From the sequence record OM634661.1: DNA of 64,000 bases; one strand, given 5' to 3'. The position numbers and the translations under genes were made by a program. Of this stretch, positions 28,431 through 38,021 are shown one piece after another (the first letter of the stretch is position 1; every line of letters starts with the position of its first letter). A model generated the notes under the pieces. That model did no database searches. It saw only the letters and a program-made list of their open reading frames with translations, and was not told the origin of the DNA.

Positions 28431-28937
28431 TTATTCCCAGAATAATTCTAAATTGTGAAGGAAAAGAGTTTTAAACAATTCATCATCTTCAAGATTAATT
28501 AAAAAGTTGTAAAAAGGATCGGTATTAGAAGCATCATTGTCAACAAGAGCTTGTAAGAAATTTTTCATATCTGTTTTTATTTTTTCATTAAAATTTTCTG
28601 TGATATGATCCTTAATTTTTTCAGTCAGAATATCTTCTTCGTCTTCAAGTTTAAATTTAACAATAGAATTGTTAATCTCATAAGATTTAAAATAATCTTC
28701 CAAGATACCATCTTTATTATCTGTTTCACCAAATTGAGCGAGATGTCTTCCATTTTCTAAAGGAATCGTAGTTATTTCTGTTTTAATGACTTTAATATCC
28801 CAAGCTTTTGCAAGTTCTAAATAATCATTTCCTTCAAAACGATAGTCTTCTTGGTAATATCCAGGCCATCCTTCTCCGAATGATTTTTTATGTTTTTCAA
28901 TATCTTTAAAATGTTCATATGTGTGACAATAATCATT
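28431..28937 (-). pseudogene. Open frame of 168 codons lacking a start at its 5' end (probable frameshift or sequence error)
   Basis: Frame open from 28937 (NDYCHTYEHFKDIEKHKKSFGEGWPGYYQEDY...) to the stop at 28431; ORF track reports only the last 90 aa. Confidence 0.55.
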
Positions 28938-28987
28938 TTAAGATTGTAAAACGCAACCTCTCGCTCCACTTCACGAGAACCTTCAAC

Positions 28988-29018
28988 TTGAACTATTCGG
29001 AAAAACCGAATAGTTCAA
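28988..29018. repeat. Perfect 13-bp inverted repeat with a 5-nt loop
   Basis: TTGAACTATTCGG-AAAAA-CCGAATAGTTCAA. Confidence 0.9.
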
Positions 29019-29310
29019 ATTGATCTTTTGATTCTTTACGGATCTTTTTTAATTCTTCGTCATCAATGATAGTATTAGAAAATTTCTTAGCAGTTTCTTG
29101 TGACAAAGTGACTTCATCTAAAAGATCAATATGTGCTTCATCACGAGATATATCAATCATTTTAAAAGCTTTATCAGTCAACCAGTCTTTCAATTTTGAT
29201 TCATCACTTGCAATTTCTGGTGTGACTAATCCAATTAACTCGTTACAAGAAAGAGTAAAGGTCACAGTTCCTTGCACAAGATTCATTTTAACTTTTTCAG
29301 ACATGATCAT
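28993..29310 (-). CDS. Hypothetical protein, 105 aa
   Basis: ATGA-coupled to the upstream small ORF. Confidence 0.65.
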   Translation of the reverse strand: MIMSEKVKMNLVQGTVTFTLSCNELIGLVTPEIASDESKLKDWLTDKAFKMIDISRDEAHIDLLDEVTLSQETAKKFSNTIIDDEELKKIRKESKDQFELFGFSE

Positions 29311-29456
29311 TCTCCTTTATTTTCAGGAATAATATCAACTAAATGTGGAATTCCTCCGCTTTCTTCTGTCGCTTCAATTGCATCCCTCAATGCATCTAAT
29401 ACAGAATCATGTTCAGAAAGCAAATGTTTATCAATAGAATATAATCCAAACTTCAC
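29307..29456 (-). CDS. Small ORF, 49 aa (MKFGLYSIDKHLLSEHDSVLDALRDAIE...)
   Basis: AAAGGAGGTG RBS, GTG start; hand-translated. Confidence 0.65.
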   Translation of the reverse strand: MKFGLYSIDKHLLSEHDSVLDALRDAIEATEESGGIPHLVDIIPENKGE

Positions 29457-29560
29457 AATGTCACCTCCTTTAAATTAAAGTGGAAAACCATTTGCGATAC
29501 CAATCAAAAAAGAAATAACTGTTATTAAAACAAATATTGTACAAAGACTAAAATAGATTT

Positions 29561-30031
29561 TCAAGACATAATCAGCTCTTGTTCTTTAACTTTGTATTTA
29601 CCAGCGGCATCTTCATGTTTTCTAGCTTGATTCAGAATCTTATCAAAACGATCTTTTCTTTCTCTTCGAGTCATAAGAATAGGTTGAAGTAATTCCTCAT
29701 TATATCCGATAGCCACTTTATTATTATGAATAAGAATAGGTGTCTTCATCATTGTTTCTTCTGCCATTAAAGCGTAATACAGTTGTCGCATTGTCATATC
29801 TTCAAAATAGTGAGGATCTTCTTCAAGTCTTTTTTTAGCTTCTTTAGAATTAAGTGCAACTAAAGACAAAGAGTCTCCATCAATTAAAAACAAAATCTTT
29901 TTAAAGTCATCATAACTCATGTAGTTAGAAGAAAGATTGATTTTTTCAAAAGAGATGCCTTTTTGATTTAAAAGATCAAGCATCTTTTTGCATGACTGTC
30001 TAGAATTTTGAATAAATAATTTAGTTTTCAT
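29561..30031 (-). CDS. spx: Spx/MgsR-family regulator homolog lacking the first Cys of CxxC
   Basis: Aligns by eye to Spx: SRQSCKK, F...NL...., FKKIL..IDG, TPILI.NNKVAIGYNEE. Confidence 0.8.
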   Translation of the reverse strand: MKTKLFIQNSRQSCKKMLDLLNQKGISFEKINLSSNYMSYDDFKKILFLIDGDSLSLVALNSKEAKKRLEEDPHYFEDMTMRQLYYALMAEETMMKTPILIHNNKVAIGYNEELLQPILMTRRERKDRFDKILNQARKHEDAAGKYKVKEQELIMS

Positions 30032-30054
30032 ATTAATCTCTCCTATTGTATAAA

Positions 30055-30363
30055 TTAGCAACCATTTGCATTCAAAATACGGTCGATTTCTTCTATATGA
30101 AGAAGTCTATCAGTCATTTCAGATAAGATAAGTTTTACTAAGGGGAAGTCATGACTTCTAGAATGTTCACGTGACATATAAACTAAAGCGATATTTGTTA
30201 ATTTAGGGATAATAGCTTCTTTTGCAGGAGAATCTAAAATCAAACACTTATAAGTATCAATATCAATTGATTCATCTTTAACTATTGATATATCCATTAA
30301 TGTCGAATTGTATTTTTTATAGTGATTAAAAATAGCATGTGGACTTCTATATTTTACTTTCAT
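30055..30363 (-). CDS. Hypothetical protein, 102 aa
   Basis: GGAGG RBS. Confidence 0.65.
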   Translation of the reverse strand: MKVKYRSPHAIFNHYKKYNSTLMDISIVKDESIDIDTYKCLILDSPAKEAIIPKLTNIALVYMSREHSRSHDFPLVKLILSEMTDRLLHIEEIDRILNANGC

Positions 30364-30415
30364 GAAAGAAACCTCCTTACTCTTATCATAAAAAATATTT
30401 TAGTAAATCATGATA

Positions 30416-30658
30416 TTAAGAATATCTCATAATACATTTAACAACAAGCAAGAACAAGAACAAAATAAATGAAGCAACAATAGATATTAGAAGGGTATGG
30501 TAAGGATATAGAAATTGAATTTTTTCAATATAAGTATAATCAAGCATGAAGCCATAAGGAATTCCATAAATCAAAGCGACAGGAAGGACAATTAAGTAAA
30601 TAAACAAGAAAAATAAAAAGCTAACAAGCAAAATATAAGAGTATTTTACATGCACCAT
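30416..30658 (-). CDS. Small membrane protein (2 TM)
   Basis: Two hydrophobic stretches; AAGGAGG RBS. Confidence 0.65.
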   Translation of the reverse strand: MVHVKYSYILLVSFLFFLFIYLIVLPVALIYGIPYGFMLDYTYIEKIQFLYPYHTLLISIVASFILFLFLLVVKCIMRYS

Positions 30659-30793
30659 TATAATTCCTCCTTAAAGAATATGGATTTATGACTTCACTAT
30701 GTAAGCCTATGGATAGTCAGTCCATAGGCAAAAGTCAAATATAGTAGTCAAATATTATAACAAATCAAGAGAGAATAGAAAAAGTCACCTCCT

Positions 30794-31617
30794 TTAAGGT
30801 TGTGTCATTTTTAATTTATTGATAGTAAAAGCATCTAATATCATTTTTTTTAATTCAGGTCTATGAGAAAATTTACGGTGCACATATTCAAAAAAGTTTT
30901 CTTCTGACAAAGAACCTCTATTTATATAAATGCTATAATAAGGTTTTTCAGTTTTTCTATAAGAAAAAAATGAAATTTATACTCATACAAATCTAGAGAT
31001 GTAATGTCATACGGGCTTGATATATCGGCATTTCTGAATCGAAATTTTTTTTCTAATTTAGCATTTCCATATATTTTAGAGCAACCTTCTAACCTTGAAT
31101 TACCTAGAATGACAGCATCGCCAAAAACATCAGATTCTTCATAAATGGAGGCAAATTCTCCTACTTTTGCATTTTCCCTAACAGTTGCATGATTAGATAT
31201 AACAGCACTTGATAAAATAACTGCATGATCAAAAACTTGAGCATAATCAAAAACTCTAGATGAACCGCTGACTTTAGCATGGCCATAAACTTTTGCATCA
31301 TGAGAAATTGTGCCATAACCATAAACTCTAGCTTCATCTTTTATGATAGAACGATCAAAGACTTTAGCGTTTTGGAAAACACGAGCTTCATCTTTTATTT
31401 TTGCGTTATCACAAATCATAGCATTATCAAATACTTTTGCATCATCATAGATCCAACAATCTGCATCTTGAGATAGATTATTCTCCGATTCAACAAATCC
31501 TCCGATATCTCCTTTTTTGACATCTGCAAAATCTTTTAAAGCTTTAATTCTGTAGAGTTTAGTTCTTCCATTTTGAATTCTAATAAACCTCGTTTTTAAT
31601 ATTTTATATTTACGCAT
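30794..31617 (-). CDS. Left-handed beta-helix paralog 4, apparently frameshifted at a T7 run (30964-30970)
   Basis: Family N-terminus and repeats in 30922-31617; the -1 frame supplies 56 aa ending ...DAFTINKLKMTQP*, matching the family C-terminal motif. Confidence 0.8.
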
Positions 31618-31628
31618 ATCAATATCTC

Positions 31629-32111
31629 CTAATTAGAAAGAGTGTCTCTTACTCTATCAAGTACAACACCTAATAAATTAAGACCTTTCCACTTATCAGA
31701 GTTTTCAACATCAGGATGATTTTCATCCATTCCAACTCCCCATATTTTATCAAAAGGACTTGCTTCAATAAATGTTTTTTGATCAGTGGATAGAATTTCC
31801 TTTCTTAATTGCGGAAGTGAAAATTTATCAAGTAAAACTTCATAATAAATATTTTCTCTTTCATGAACCCAAACATTCTCATTAAACTTAATCTCTTTGC
31901 TTCTACCGAGCTTTTTACATTCCATAGGTGTCTTAGCCCTAAGAATCTTTTGAGCGATGTGAGGAGCGTTAAAAAGCATTGCTTTTCTATACATAATGGC
32001 TTGTTCAGACCATCTAAATAGTTGTTTGTTATGAATGAAAGGTGAGTAATAAAAATTAGAATAGATATCACTTCCTTTCCAAAACAAAACGGATCTCTCT
32101 GTAATTTTCAT
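31629..32111 (-). CDS. NADAR family protein (YbiA/RibX-like)
   Basis: YSNFY.SPF, SEQAIMYRKAMLF, P.ECKKLGR, EASPFDKIWGVG, GLNLLGVVL..VR. Confidence 0.92.
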   Translation of the reverse strand: MKITERSVLFWKGSDIYSNFYYSPFIHNKQLFRWSEQAIMYRKAMLFNAPHIAQKILRAKTPMECKKLGRSKEIKFNENVWVHERENIYYEVLLDKFSLPQLRKEILSTDQKTFIEASPFDKIWGVGMDENHPDVENSDKWKGLNLLGVVLDRVRDTLSN

Positions 32112-32132
32112 ACTAAATCACTCCTTTTAAAT

Positions 32133-32255
32133 TTAAGATTTAGAAGTTGATTGAAGAAAGAATAATCCAAGTAAAGGAACAAAAGCATTGGTAAGATACA
32201 TAGCAAACATAATCAATAAAATAATAAAGACATTTGTAATAGCGGCTGCATACAT
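32133..32255 (-). CDS. Small hydrophobic ORF, 40 aa
   Basis: AAGGAG RBS; hand-translated MYAAAITNVFIILLIMF... Confidence 0.55.
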   Translation of the reverse strand: MYAAAITNVFIILLIMFAMYLTNAFVPLLGLFFLQSTSKS

Positions 32256-32268
32256 AATTTACACTCCT

Positions 32269-32712
32269 TTAATTAAATAAATCTGGCCTAAGTTGATTTA
32301 TTTTTGAATTAGGATCATTCATCAAAATATTAAAATCACTGAAGATTTCTTGTGGAGCTTTCAGTTTCATGATAGAAAGAAGTTGAAACATAAAGGTTTT
32401 ATTTAAAAGAGTTGATGATGAGACATGATCAATTTCTTCCATTGAAGATTTAAGGATAGAAGAAAAAATGCGTCCATCAAAATGATAATTTTCTCCATGA
32501 TAAAATTGATTATCTAATGTCTCAATAGCATTTCTTGTAATTTCATAAACTTCTTTATGATTGTATTTTTTTGATAAAGATAATAAAAGATCTAATCTAT
32601 ATTCGGGGTCTTGATGGTAAAGATAAAGATCCCACATAAGAATCTGAATAAGAGCAATTTCTTCTTGTTCAGTCATAGATGTTATTTCTTTAAATGATTG
32701 CATAATAAACAT
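32269..32712 (-). CDS. Hypothetical protein, 147 aa
   Basis: ORF with AAAGGA RBS. Confidence 0.65.
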   Translation of the reverse strand: MFIMQSFKEITSMTEQEEIALIQILMWDLYLYHQDPEYRLDLLLSLSKKYNHKEVYEITRNAIETLDNQFYHGENYHFDGRIFSSILKSSMEEIDHVSSSTLLNKTFMFQLLSIMKLKAPQEIFSDFNILMNDPNSKINQLRPDLFN

Positions 32713-32732
32713 CCTTTCAAATAAAAAAGATT

Positions 32733-32981
32733 CTAATCTAAATCAATTAAGCTAAGCGGAATAAATTTCAACAGCCATTCTTTCGCTTTTTCTTTTGTTT
32801 TGAATTTAAGAGGATTGTCATCAGCATCATGAATAAAACGTGATTCGTCATGATCAAGTTCATCAAACCACTGCGTTTCAACAATGCTAAATCTAACAGG
32901 ATTAGAAGATTTGTATAATTTATAATAAATCTGATTATCTTCTCTCATTTCTTCTAACATAGAATTAATATTTTTAGACAT
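32733..32981 (-). CDS. Hypothetical protein, 82 aa
   Basis: ORF with AAGGAG RBS. Confidence 0.65.
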   Translation of the reverse strand: MSKNINSMLEEMREDNQIYYKLYKSSNPVRFSIVETQWFDELDHDESRFIHDADDNPLKFKTKEKAKEWLLKFIPLSLIDLD

Positions 32982-32995
32982 AATAAAGCTCCTTT

Positions 32996-33721
32996 TTATT
33001 TGTGGAAGTAGGTTGTTACAATATTTGCATTGGAGTCCATAATAACGGTGTTCAATTGACCACCATAAGCTGCTGCGCCATCTATACCGATCATTGTTTT
33101 ATCTAAAGAAAGCCAAATATCATCTGATGCATTTTGGTGAAGAGTTCTAGTAGGGGTATGACCAAAGACAATCTTTTTAGATGTTGTATTCTTGGAATAC
33201 TTCATATCTCTAGACCAAAGAAAGTCTTTTTCAGATCCATTTCTCCAATCTTCCATTCTAAGATTGACACCAGCATGTACAAAAATAATATGATCTGTTT
33301 CATGATAAAGAGGAAGATTATTTAGAAATTGAACCTCTTCCTTTCTTTTAGATAGAATAGATTCAGCAATTTTTTCATAAGATTGAATCTTGACATATTC
33401 ATTGTTAAGAAAGCTAGTGCATGTTTGATAACCGCCATTATTAAAATACCAATCTCCTGTTTCAGTATCTGGATGTTCTAGAAAGTTAAGAAACATATCT
33501 TCATGATTGCCTTTTAAAATCAAGACTTGATTAGGATAAGCCTTTTGAAGATTCATGCAAGCAGTAATAACTTCAAGAGAATGAAGACCTCTGTCAACCA
33601 AATCTCCTAAAATAACAAGGTTATGATTTTCAGGATTAAATTTTTCTAAAATAGATGTGAAGTGTGAGTACATTCCATGTATATCTGAAAGAATGAAGTG
33701 ATGATTTTTTTCTAATGTCAT
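32996..33721 (-). CDS. Ser/Thr protein phosphatase (PPP family)
   Basis: SDIHG, GDLVDRG, LKGNHE, NGG..T, VHAG, GHTPT, IDG. Confidence 0.92.
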   Translation of the reverse strand: MTLEKNHHFILSDIHGMYSHFTSILEKFNPENHNLVILGDLVDRGLHSLEVITACMNLQKAYPNQVLILKGNHEDMFLNFLEHPDTETGDWYFNNGGYQTCTSFLNNEYVKIQSYEKIAESILSKRKEEVQFLNNLPLYHETDHIIFVHAGVNLRMEDWRNGSEKDFLWSRDMKYSKNTTSKKIVFGHTPTRTLHQNASDDIWLSLDKTMIGIDGAAAYGGQLNTVIMDSNANIVTTYFHK

Positions 33722-33772
33722 AAAAACTCTCCTCTTCAGTAGAATAAGAGAAGGCGCTAATTGTAGCGCCAA

Positions 33773-34162
33773 TTATTTATTGATACCTTTTACTTTTAAA
33801 TTCAAAAGTGCTAATGTGTGAAGGATACCTTCTTGATAAGCATAATGTTCTTGTTCATTAAATGGAATCGAAAGATATTTATTTTTATTCCAATAACTTT
33901 GTAGAAGAAGTTTTTCGGGACTTAGTTTTTCTTCGTATCCATTAACAAGAGCCTCGAAATATTTCTTTCTATTTTCATCAGACGATTTTACAAAACGAAC
34001 AACTTCTGTAATAGAAGTGAGATCAAAACCAGAATACTTGTTACTAATTCTATAATGACCAATAAGATATTCATACTTGAAAAGAAAATCAATTCCAAAA
34101 GTTTCCTCTAAATGTTTCATAGCATTATACACATTTTTTGGCAGCTGTACTTTATTAGACAT
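33773..34162 (-). CDS. Hypothetical protein, 129 aa
   Basis: AGGAGG RBS. Confidence 0.7.
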   Translation of the reverse strand: MSNKVQLPKNVYNAMKHLEETFGIDFLFKYEYLIGHYRISNKYSGFDLTSITEVVRFVKSSDENRKKYFEALVNGYEEKLSPEKLLLQSYWNKNKYLSIPFNEQEHYAYQEGILHTLALLNLKVKGINK

Positions 34163-34188
34163 TGTGGTCCTCCTAATTTTTATTTACC

Positions 34189-34329
34189 TTAATAGTCCCA
34201 TAAGTGATGACAGAAAGTTGAATCAATTCTGTCAAGCTCTTCTAAGACTTCTTTACGTTGTTTAGTGAGTGTTTCAAGCTCTTTACGAAGTTCTTGTTCT
34301 CGTTTAGTTAGTTCGTTAAATGTAGGCAT
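34189..34329 (-). CDS. Small coiled-coil ORF, 46 aa (MPTFNELTKREQELRKE...)
   Basis: AAGGGAG RBS; hand-translated. Confidence 0.6.
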   Translation of the reverse strand: MPTFNELTKREQELRKELETLTKQRKEVLEELDRIDSTFCHHLWDY

Positions 34330-34356
34330 ATCACATTCTCCCTTTTATTATGATTC

Positions 34357-35325
34357 CTAATTTTTATCACGAAATGATGCTATTCTCTCAAGCTGAGAAT
34401 CTATTGTGATATTATTTCTACACATAACATCAGTAATAAGAATATATCCTTTTGTTACCACTTGATTCTTTACATGTAAACCATTACTTATTTGAGAAGA
34501 GGTTAATCCTAACTCATCCTTAATCTCTTTACGAGATGTAAAGCGTTTAAGATACTTACCGTCCTTATAGTAGACATCAATCCACTGTACACGATTCTGA
34601 GCCTTCTGAGCGATATTTTTAATAAGCTCATCAGTGTAATCTTTCTTACGAACAAATACCTTGTTGTCGAAGCAGATCTTTTTTTTAGTAGCTACTGCTA
34701 CCGATTGTTGTACTGTTTTAACGTTAGTATTCAGGATACCCGCATCAACAACATGTTTGGAGGATTCATATTCTCCAATTAATTCAAATGTGTCCTTATC
34801 AAAGACTAGAATATTATCTGCATCAATAGGATACTTAGTGCAAAACATCTGTACAATTTGATCAGAACATTCTTCTAAATAAGACCATGAGTTAATACCA
34901 ATATTTGATACAGTTGCTAATGTACAATTAAAATAATCAGCAACTTCTTTTAATGGTGCAGCACTATTCTTCTTAATAGATAAAATACGGCGAGCTGTTA
35001 ATTCTGTTATACGAGATGATGTTGAGCCTTCACCCTTACCAAAGGAAGCTCCACCACCATTCATGTTATAGCCATTGTGATATGAATCATAATGGCTAAT
35101 CCAATACATTTCTCTTTCGTTTAAATCATCTTTGCAGCATTCCTCTAATACAACGAAATCAAATGCATCTACACCATACTTATTAATGGCTCTGTGGATT
35201 AAATAATTCTGCTCAACGTGTTTTGAATCTGCACGATGACGAATCATTCTACGGTTGTAGTTAGTTGTTTGTCCAATATAGGCTTTTTTGCTTTCCTTAT
35301 GTTGAATCATGTAAATGCAAATCAT
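34357..35325 (-). mobile_element. Free-standing GIY-YIG homing endonuclease with NUMOD1-like C-terminal repeats
   Basis: CIYMI...YIGQT...R...H, LEEC...LNEREMYWI..Y.S...GYN; C-terminal VFDKDTFELIGEYES and VYYKDGKYLKRFTS. Confidence 0.88.
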
Positions 35326-35407
35326 ATTATCATTCCTATCTTATATTGATAGGAATATCATAAACATTAAAATATAGAAAAGCAATATACTTGATAGTGA
35401 TATTTAA

Positions 35408-35497
35408 TTATGCCATCGTTCCATGACAATTAGCTTGATGTGCAATGATATTACAATCACTTTTCAATAAGTCACCTACAACAGTATATACAGCCAT
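35408..35497 (-). pseudogene. Truncated macro-domain (ADP-ribose binding/hydrolase) gene, 29 codons
   Basis: AAAGGAG RBS; MAVYTVVGDLLKSDCNIIAHQANCHGTMA* matches the macro N-terminus GDLL...IAHQ.NC.G.M. Confidence 0.75.
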
Positions 35498-35687
35498 AAA
35501 AACAACTCCTTTTATTTATTATGATAAAAAACAAGTGTATATGCATACATAGGAACAAGTCCTTTATGATCAATAAAACTTTGAAATGAAATAATTGTTT
35601 ATAAGATGATCTAAGGCATCACGTTGTTTTTTAGTAACAAGTAAATAACCGTTATCCATTAATCTTGGTTTAATCATATTGATCCTC

Positions 35688-36443
35688 CTACCATTCACGC
35701 ATTTCTTTTTCTTTAAACTTACAAAATTGAACTGTATATTCAGCTAAAATCCTTGAAATTTCATAATCAGATTGTTGAGATCCTGATCCAGTGTTAGGGA
35801 ACCATGTTTTTCTAAGACAAGACATTGCCTGCTCAAACATTTTTCCTTTAAAGAATAAAGAATCTTTATCTGGATTTTGGAATTTTTCAAGATATGAAAG
35901 ATCAAAAGGATTAAATGTACTAGATGTAAGAAGTGAAGGTGGCAATACACCATATCTTGTGTAAACAAGCTGATATAATTCAGAAGATAAAATATCACCA
36001 TATGTTTTAGGTAGGAAATCATGTCTTCTATCTTGAATGAAAGAAATCATATAATCATGCATATGTTTGTGGAACATAACTAAATGAACGTGTTCATCAT
36101 TATGTTTACAACGAATATATTTTCTTTCAACAAGATGAATGAATTCTTCAATATTAGAAAAAGATTGATCTTCTTTAGAACATTTAAATAATCCTCTGTC
36201 GTGATAATAATGATGAATTAATTCATAAAAAGCTTCATATTCTGGATGATCTTCGATATCCTCAATTGATCCATAATCATTGTACTTCCCATAAATAGGA
36301 AGAACAAAAGGATTGTAAAAATCATCAGTATGACATGTAGCTCCTCTGGTATTGTTACGAGGAATTAAGATATAAACCGCCACATCATCACCGTATCTAA
36401 TAGGTGTTTGAGTTAAACCGCATGTTTCATTCCAACATCCCAT
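35688..36443 (-). CDS. Conserved-looking phage hypothetical protein, 251 aa
   Basis: MGCWNETCGLTQTPI..GD.V, LPIYGKYNDYG. Confidence 0.75.
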   Translation of the reverse strand: MGCWNETCGLTQTPIRYGDDVAVYILIPRNNTRGATCHTDDFYNPFVLPIYGKYNDYGSIEDIEDHPEYEAFYELIHHYYHDRGLFKCSKEDQSFSNIEEFIHLVERKYIRCKHNDEHVHLVMFHKHMHDYMISFIQDRRHDFLPKTYGDILSSELYQLVYTRYGVLPPSLLTSSTFNPFDLSYLEKFQNPDKDSLFFKGKMFEQAMSCLRKTWFPNTGSGSQQSDYEISRILAEYTVQFCKFKEKEMREW

Positions 36444-36465
36444 AACTAATCATCCTCGATTCATT

Positions 36466-36801
36466 TTATTTTTTAGAAGGAAAGTAATAGTAATCAAGCT
36501 TTCCTTCTAAAGGAGTATCTTTTAAAAAATGAGTTCTAGTAAGAAATTCATAAAAACTCTCTCTTGGTTTTATTTCTTCGTTAGCTACAGTATCTCCATG
36601 AATATTATCAATTTGAATAGTATGAGGAACACCAAAATTAATACTCCATCCAGCTACAACAAGTAATTGTTGACCATTTGATTCAAATTGATATTTAGAT
36701 TCATTAGGTCTCTTATAAACAGTTGCAAGACTAGATTCTTCAATATGAAAACCAGCTCTTTCTAAATCACCTTTAGTTAAATCAGGTTTAATGTCTAGCA
36801 T
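36466..36801 (-). CDS. Hypothetical protein, 111 aa
   Basis: ORF with GAGG RBS. Confidence 0.65.
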   Translation of the reverse strand: MLDIKPDLTKGDLERAGFHIEESSLATVYKRPNESKYQFESNGQQLLVVAGWSINFGVPHTIQIDNIHGDTVANEEIKPRESFYEFLTRTHFLKDTPLEGKLDYYYFPSKK

Positions 36802-36805
36802 AAGA

Positions 36806-37216
36806 TCAATCCTCTCTATTATTGTTTTTTAATTGATTGTATTTCTGAAAATCGAATTTGCCTTGTAAAGGATGGACGTAATGAAGTTCTTTTTCTTCAA
36901 AGAATTCTTGTGCTTTTTCTAAAACATCCATCATAATATATTGTCCATTGTAAATAATAATAGCGGTTTGAAATGAATGCGAACAATGTAAACAATCTGT
37001 ATTATTATAAGTTTTATGATCAATAAATGTTTCTGGATGAGAATAAGGTTTTTCAAGATCAATCTCATCCAAATAATACTGATCATCAAATATCATCTGT
37101 CCAATATAATACTGAAGCAATAAGGACTCTCCCCATTTAAATTGTTGTTGAGCTTCAGTTAATTGATGACATTTTGGACATTGAACTATTCCAAAAAAAG
37201 TATCAAACATTCCCAT
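36806..37216 (-). CDS. Putative zinc-binding protein, 136 aa
   Basis: MGMFD...CPKC...QFK; CLHC. Confidence 0.7.
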   Translation of the reverse strand: MGMFDTFFGIVQCPKCHQLTEAQQQFKWGESLLLQYYIGQMIFDDQYYLDEIDLEKPYSHPETFIDHKTYNNTDCLHCSHSFQTAIIIYNGQYIMMDVLEKAQEFFEEKELHYVHPLQGKFDFQKYNQLKNNNRED

Positions 37217-37246
37217 GAAAAGTAAAACCTCCTTAATCTGATCCCT

Positions 37247-38008
37247 CTACTTTAATAGAGAGATCAGTTCAGTACATTCATCTAATAAAGATTGCCGTCC
37301 TTTACGCACATACTGTCTAATAACATCAGCTTGGCAATTAATACTTCTACCTTTAAAAATATCATTATATTCATCAAATGTTTTAGCATGTTCAACTAAA
37401 TAAGGATTTTTATCTAAGTATTTAACCCATAAAAGTTTGTACCATTGTGATAAATACTTTGTTTCAAGATCCAATCCGTTAATGTGTATATGGCTAGGAT
37501 TTTTACCTTTAGCATCTTTAAAATTCTTAGGTACATAATCACCAAAACGCTTAGATAATTGATAAAAATTTTCAATCGTATCAGTCTTTCCAAAAGCAGT
37601 TACTTTTGCACAAAGAGCAGAATACCTAGAATCACCCTTAGTAGAGCATTCTAGGATTTTAGGTGGATTAGGACGTGAAGATTTTTTAAAGCCATTGTCA
37701 GCTAAATCAGCTAAGACATGACCATGACAAGATTTAGGAGCACAAAAACAAGCAATCTTTTTGCCTTTTAATTCATGCAAAGAATTCAACAAATGATCTT
37801 GTTTTAAAATCCATTCGCGATACTTCTCAACAGCTTCATCTCTGTCTTTGACGAAAAATTGAGCGCTAGTTCCTTCTAAGTGACTAAATGGATTCCCCCA
37901 CTTAGTTCCTCTGCCAATATATATATCAAAATCATTAGTTTCATGCTTATTTACAACAGTTGTTTTTTTAGGTTCTTGAGAAAATTGTACTCCTGCGGAT
38001 ATTCTCAT
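37247..38008 (-). CDS. DUF4326-like domain fused to a domain resembling DarT1-associated NADAR
   Basis: YIGRGTKWGNPF...L..LKGK..ACFCAPKSCHGHVL; LECSTKGDSRYSAL...TIENFYQLSKRF...KDAKG. Confidence 0.7.
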   Translation of the reverse strand: MRISAGVQFSQEPKKTTVVNKHETNDFDIYIGRGTKWGNPFSHLEGTSAQFFVKDRDEAVEKYREWILKQDHLLNSLHELKGKKIACFCAPKSCHGHVLADLADNGFKKSSRPNPPKILECSTKGDSRYSALCAKVTAFGKTDTIENFYQLSKRFGDYVPKNFKDAKGKNPSHIHINGLDLETKYLSQWYKLLWVKYLDKNPYLVEHAKTFDEYNDIFKGRSINCQADVIRQYVRKGRQSLLDECTELISLLK

Positions 38009-38021
38009 ATAGTTCCTCCTT

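Noticed and set aside
30775-30800. Consensus RBS AAAGGAGGTGACT resembling that of the MPRIVVK mini-gene, a possible third mini-gene
   Set aside because: No start codon at usable spacing downstream and no MPRIVVK-like coding sequence
34330-35407. Group I intron around the GIY-YIG gene
   Set aside because: Non-coding flanks are only about 80 and 30 nt, too short for the catalytic core, and no downstream macro exon is seen
35500-35680. Possible frameshifted small ORF (MIKPRLMDNGY...) upstream of the macro remnant
   Set aside because: The short 35-aa frame has an RBS, but the alternative extensions are ambiguous and match no family
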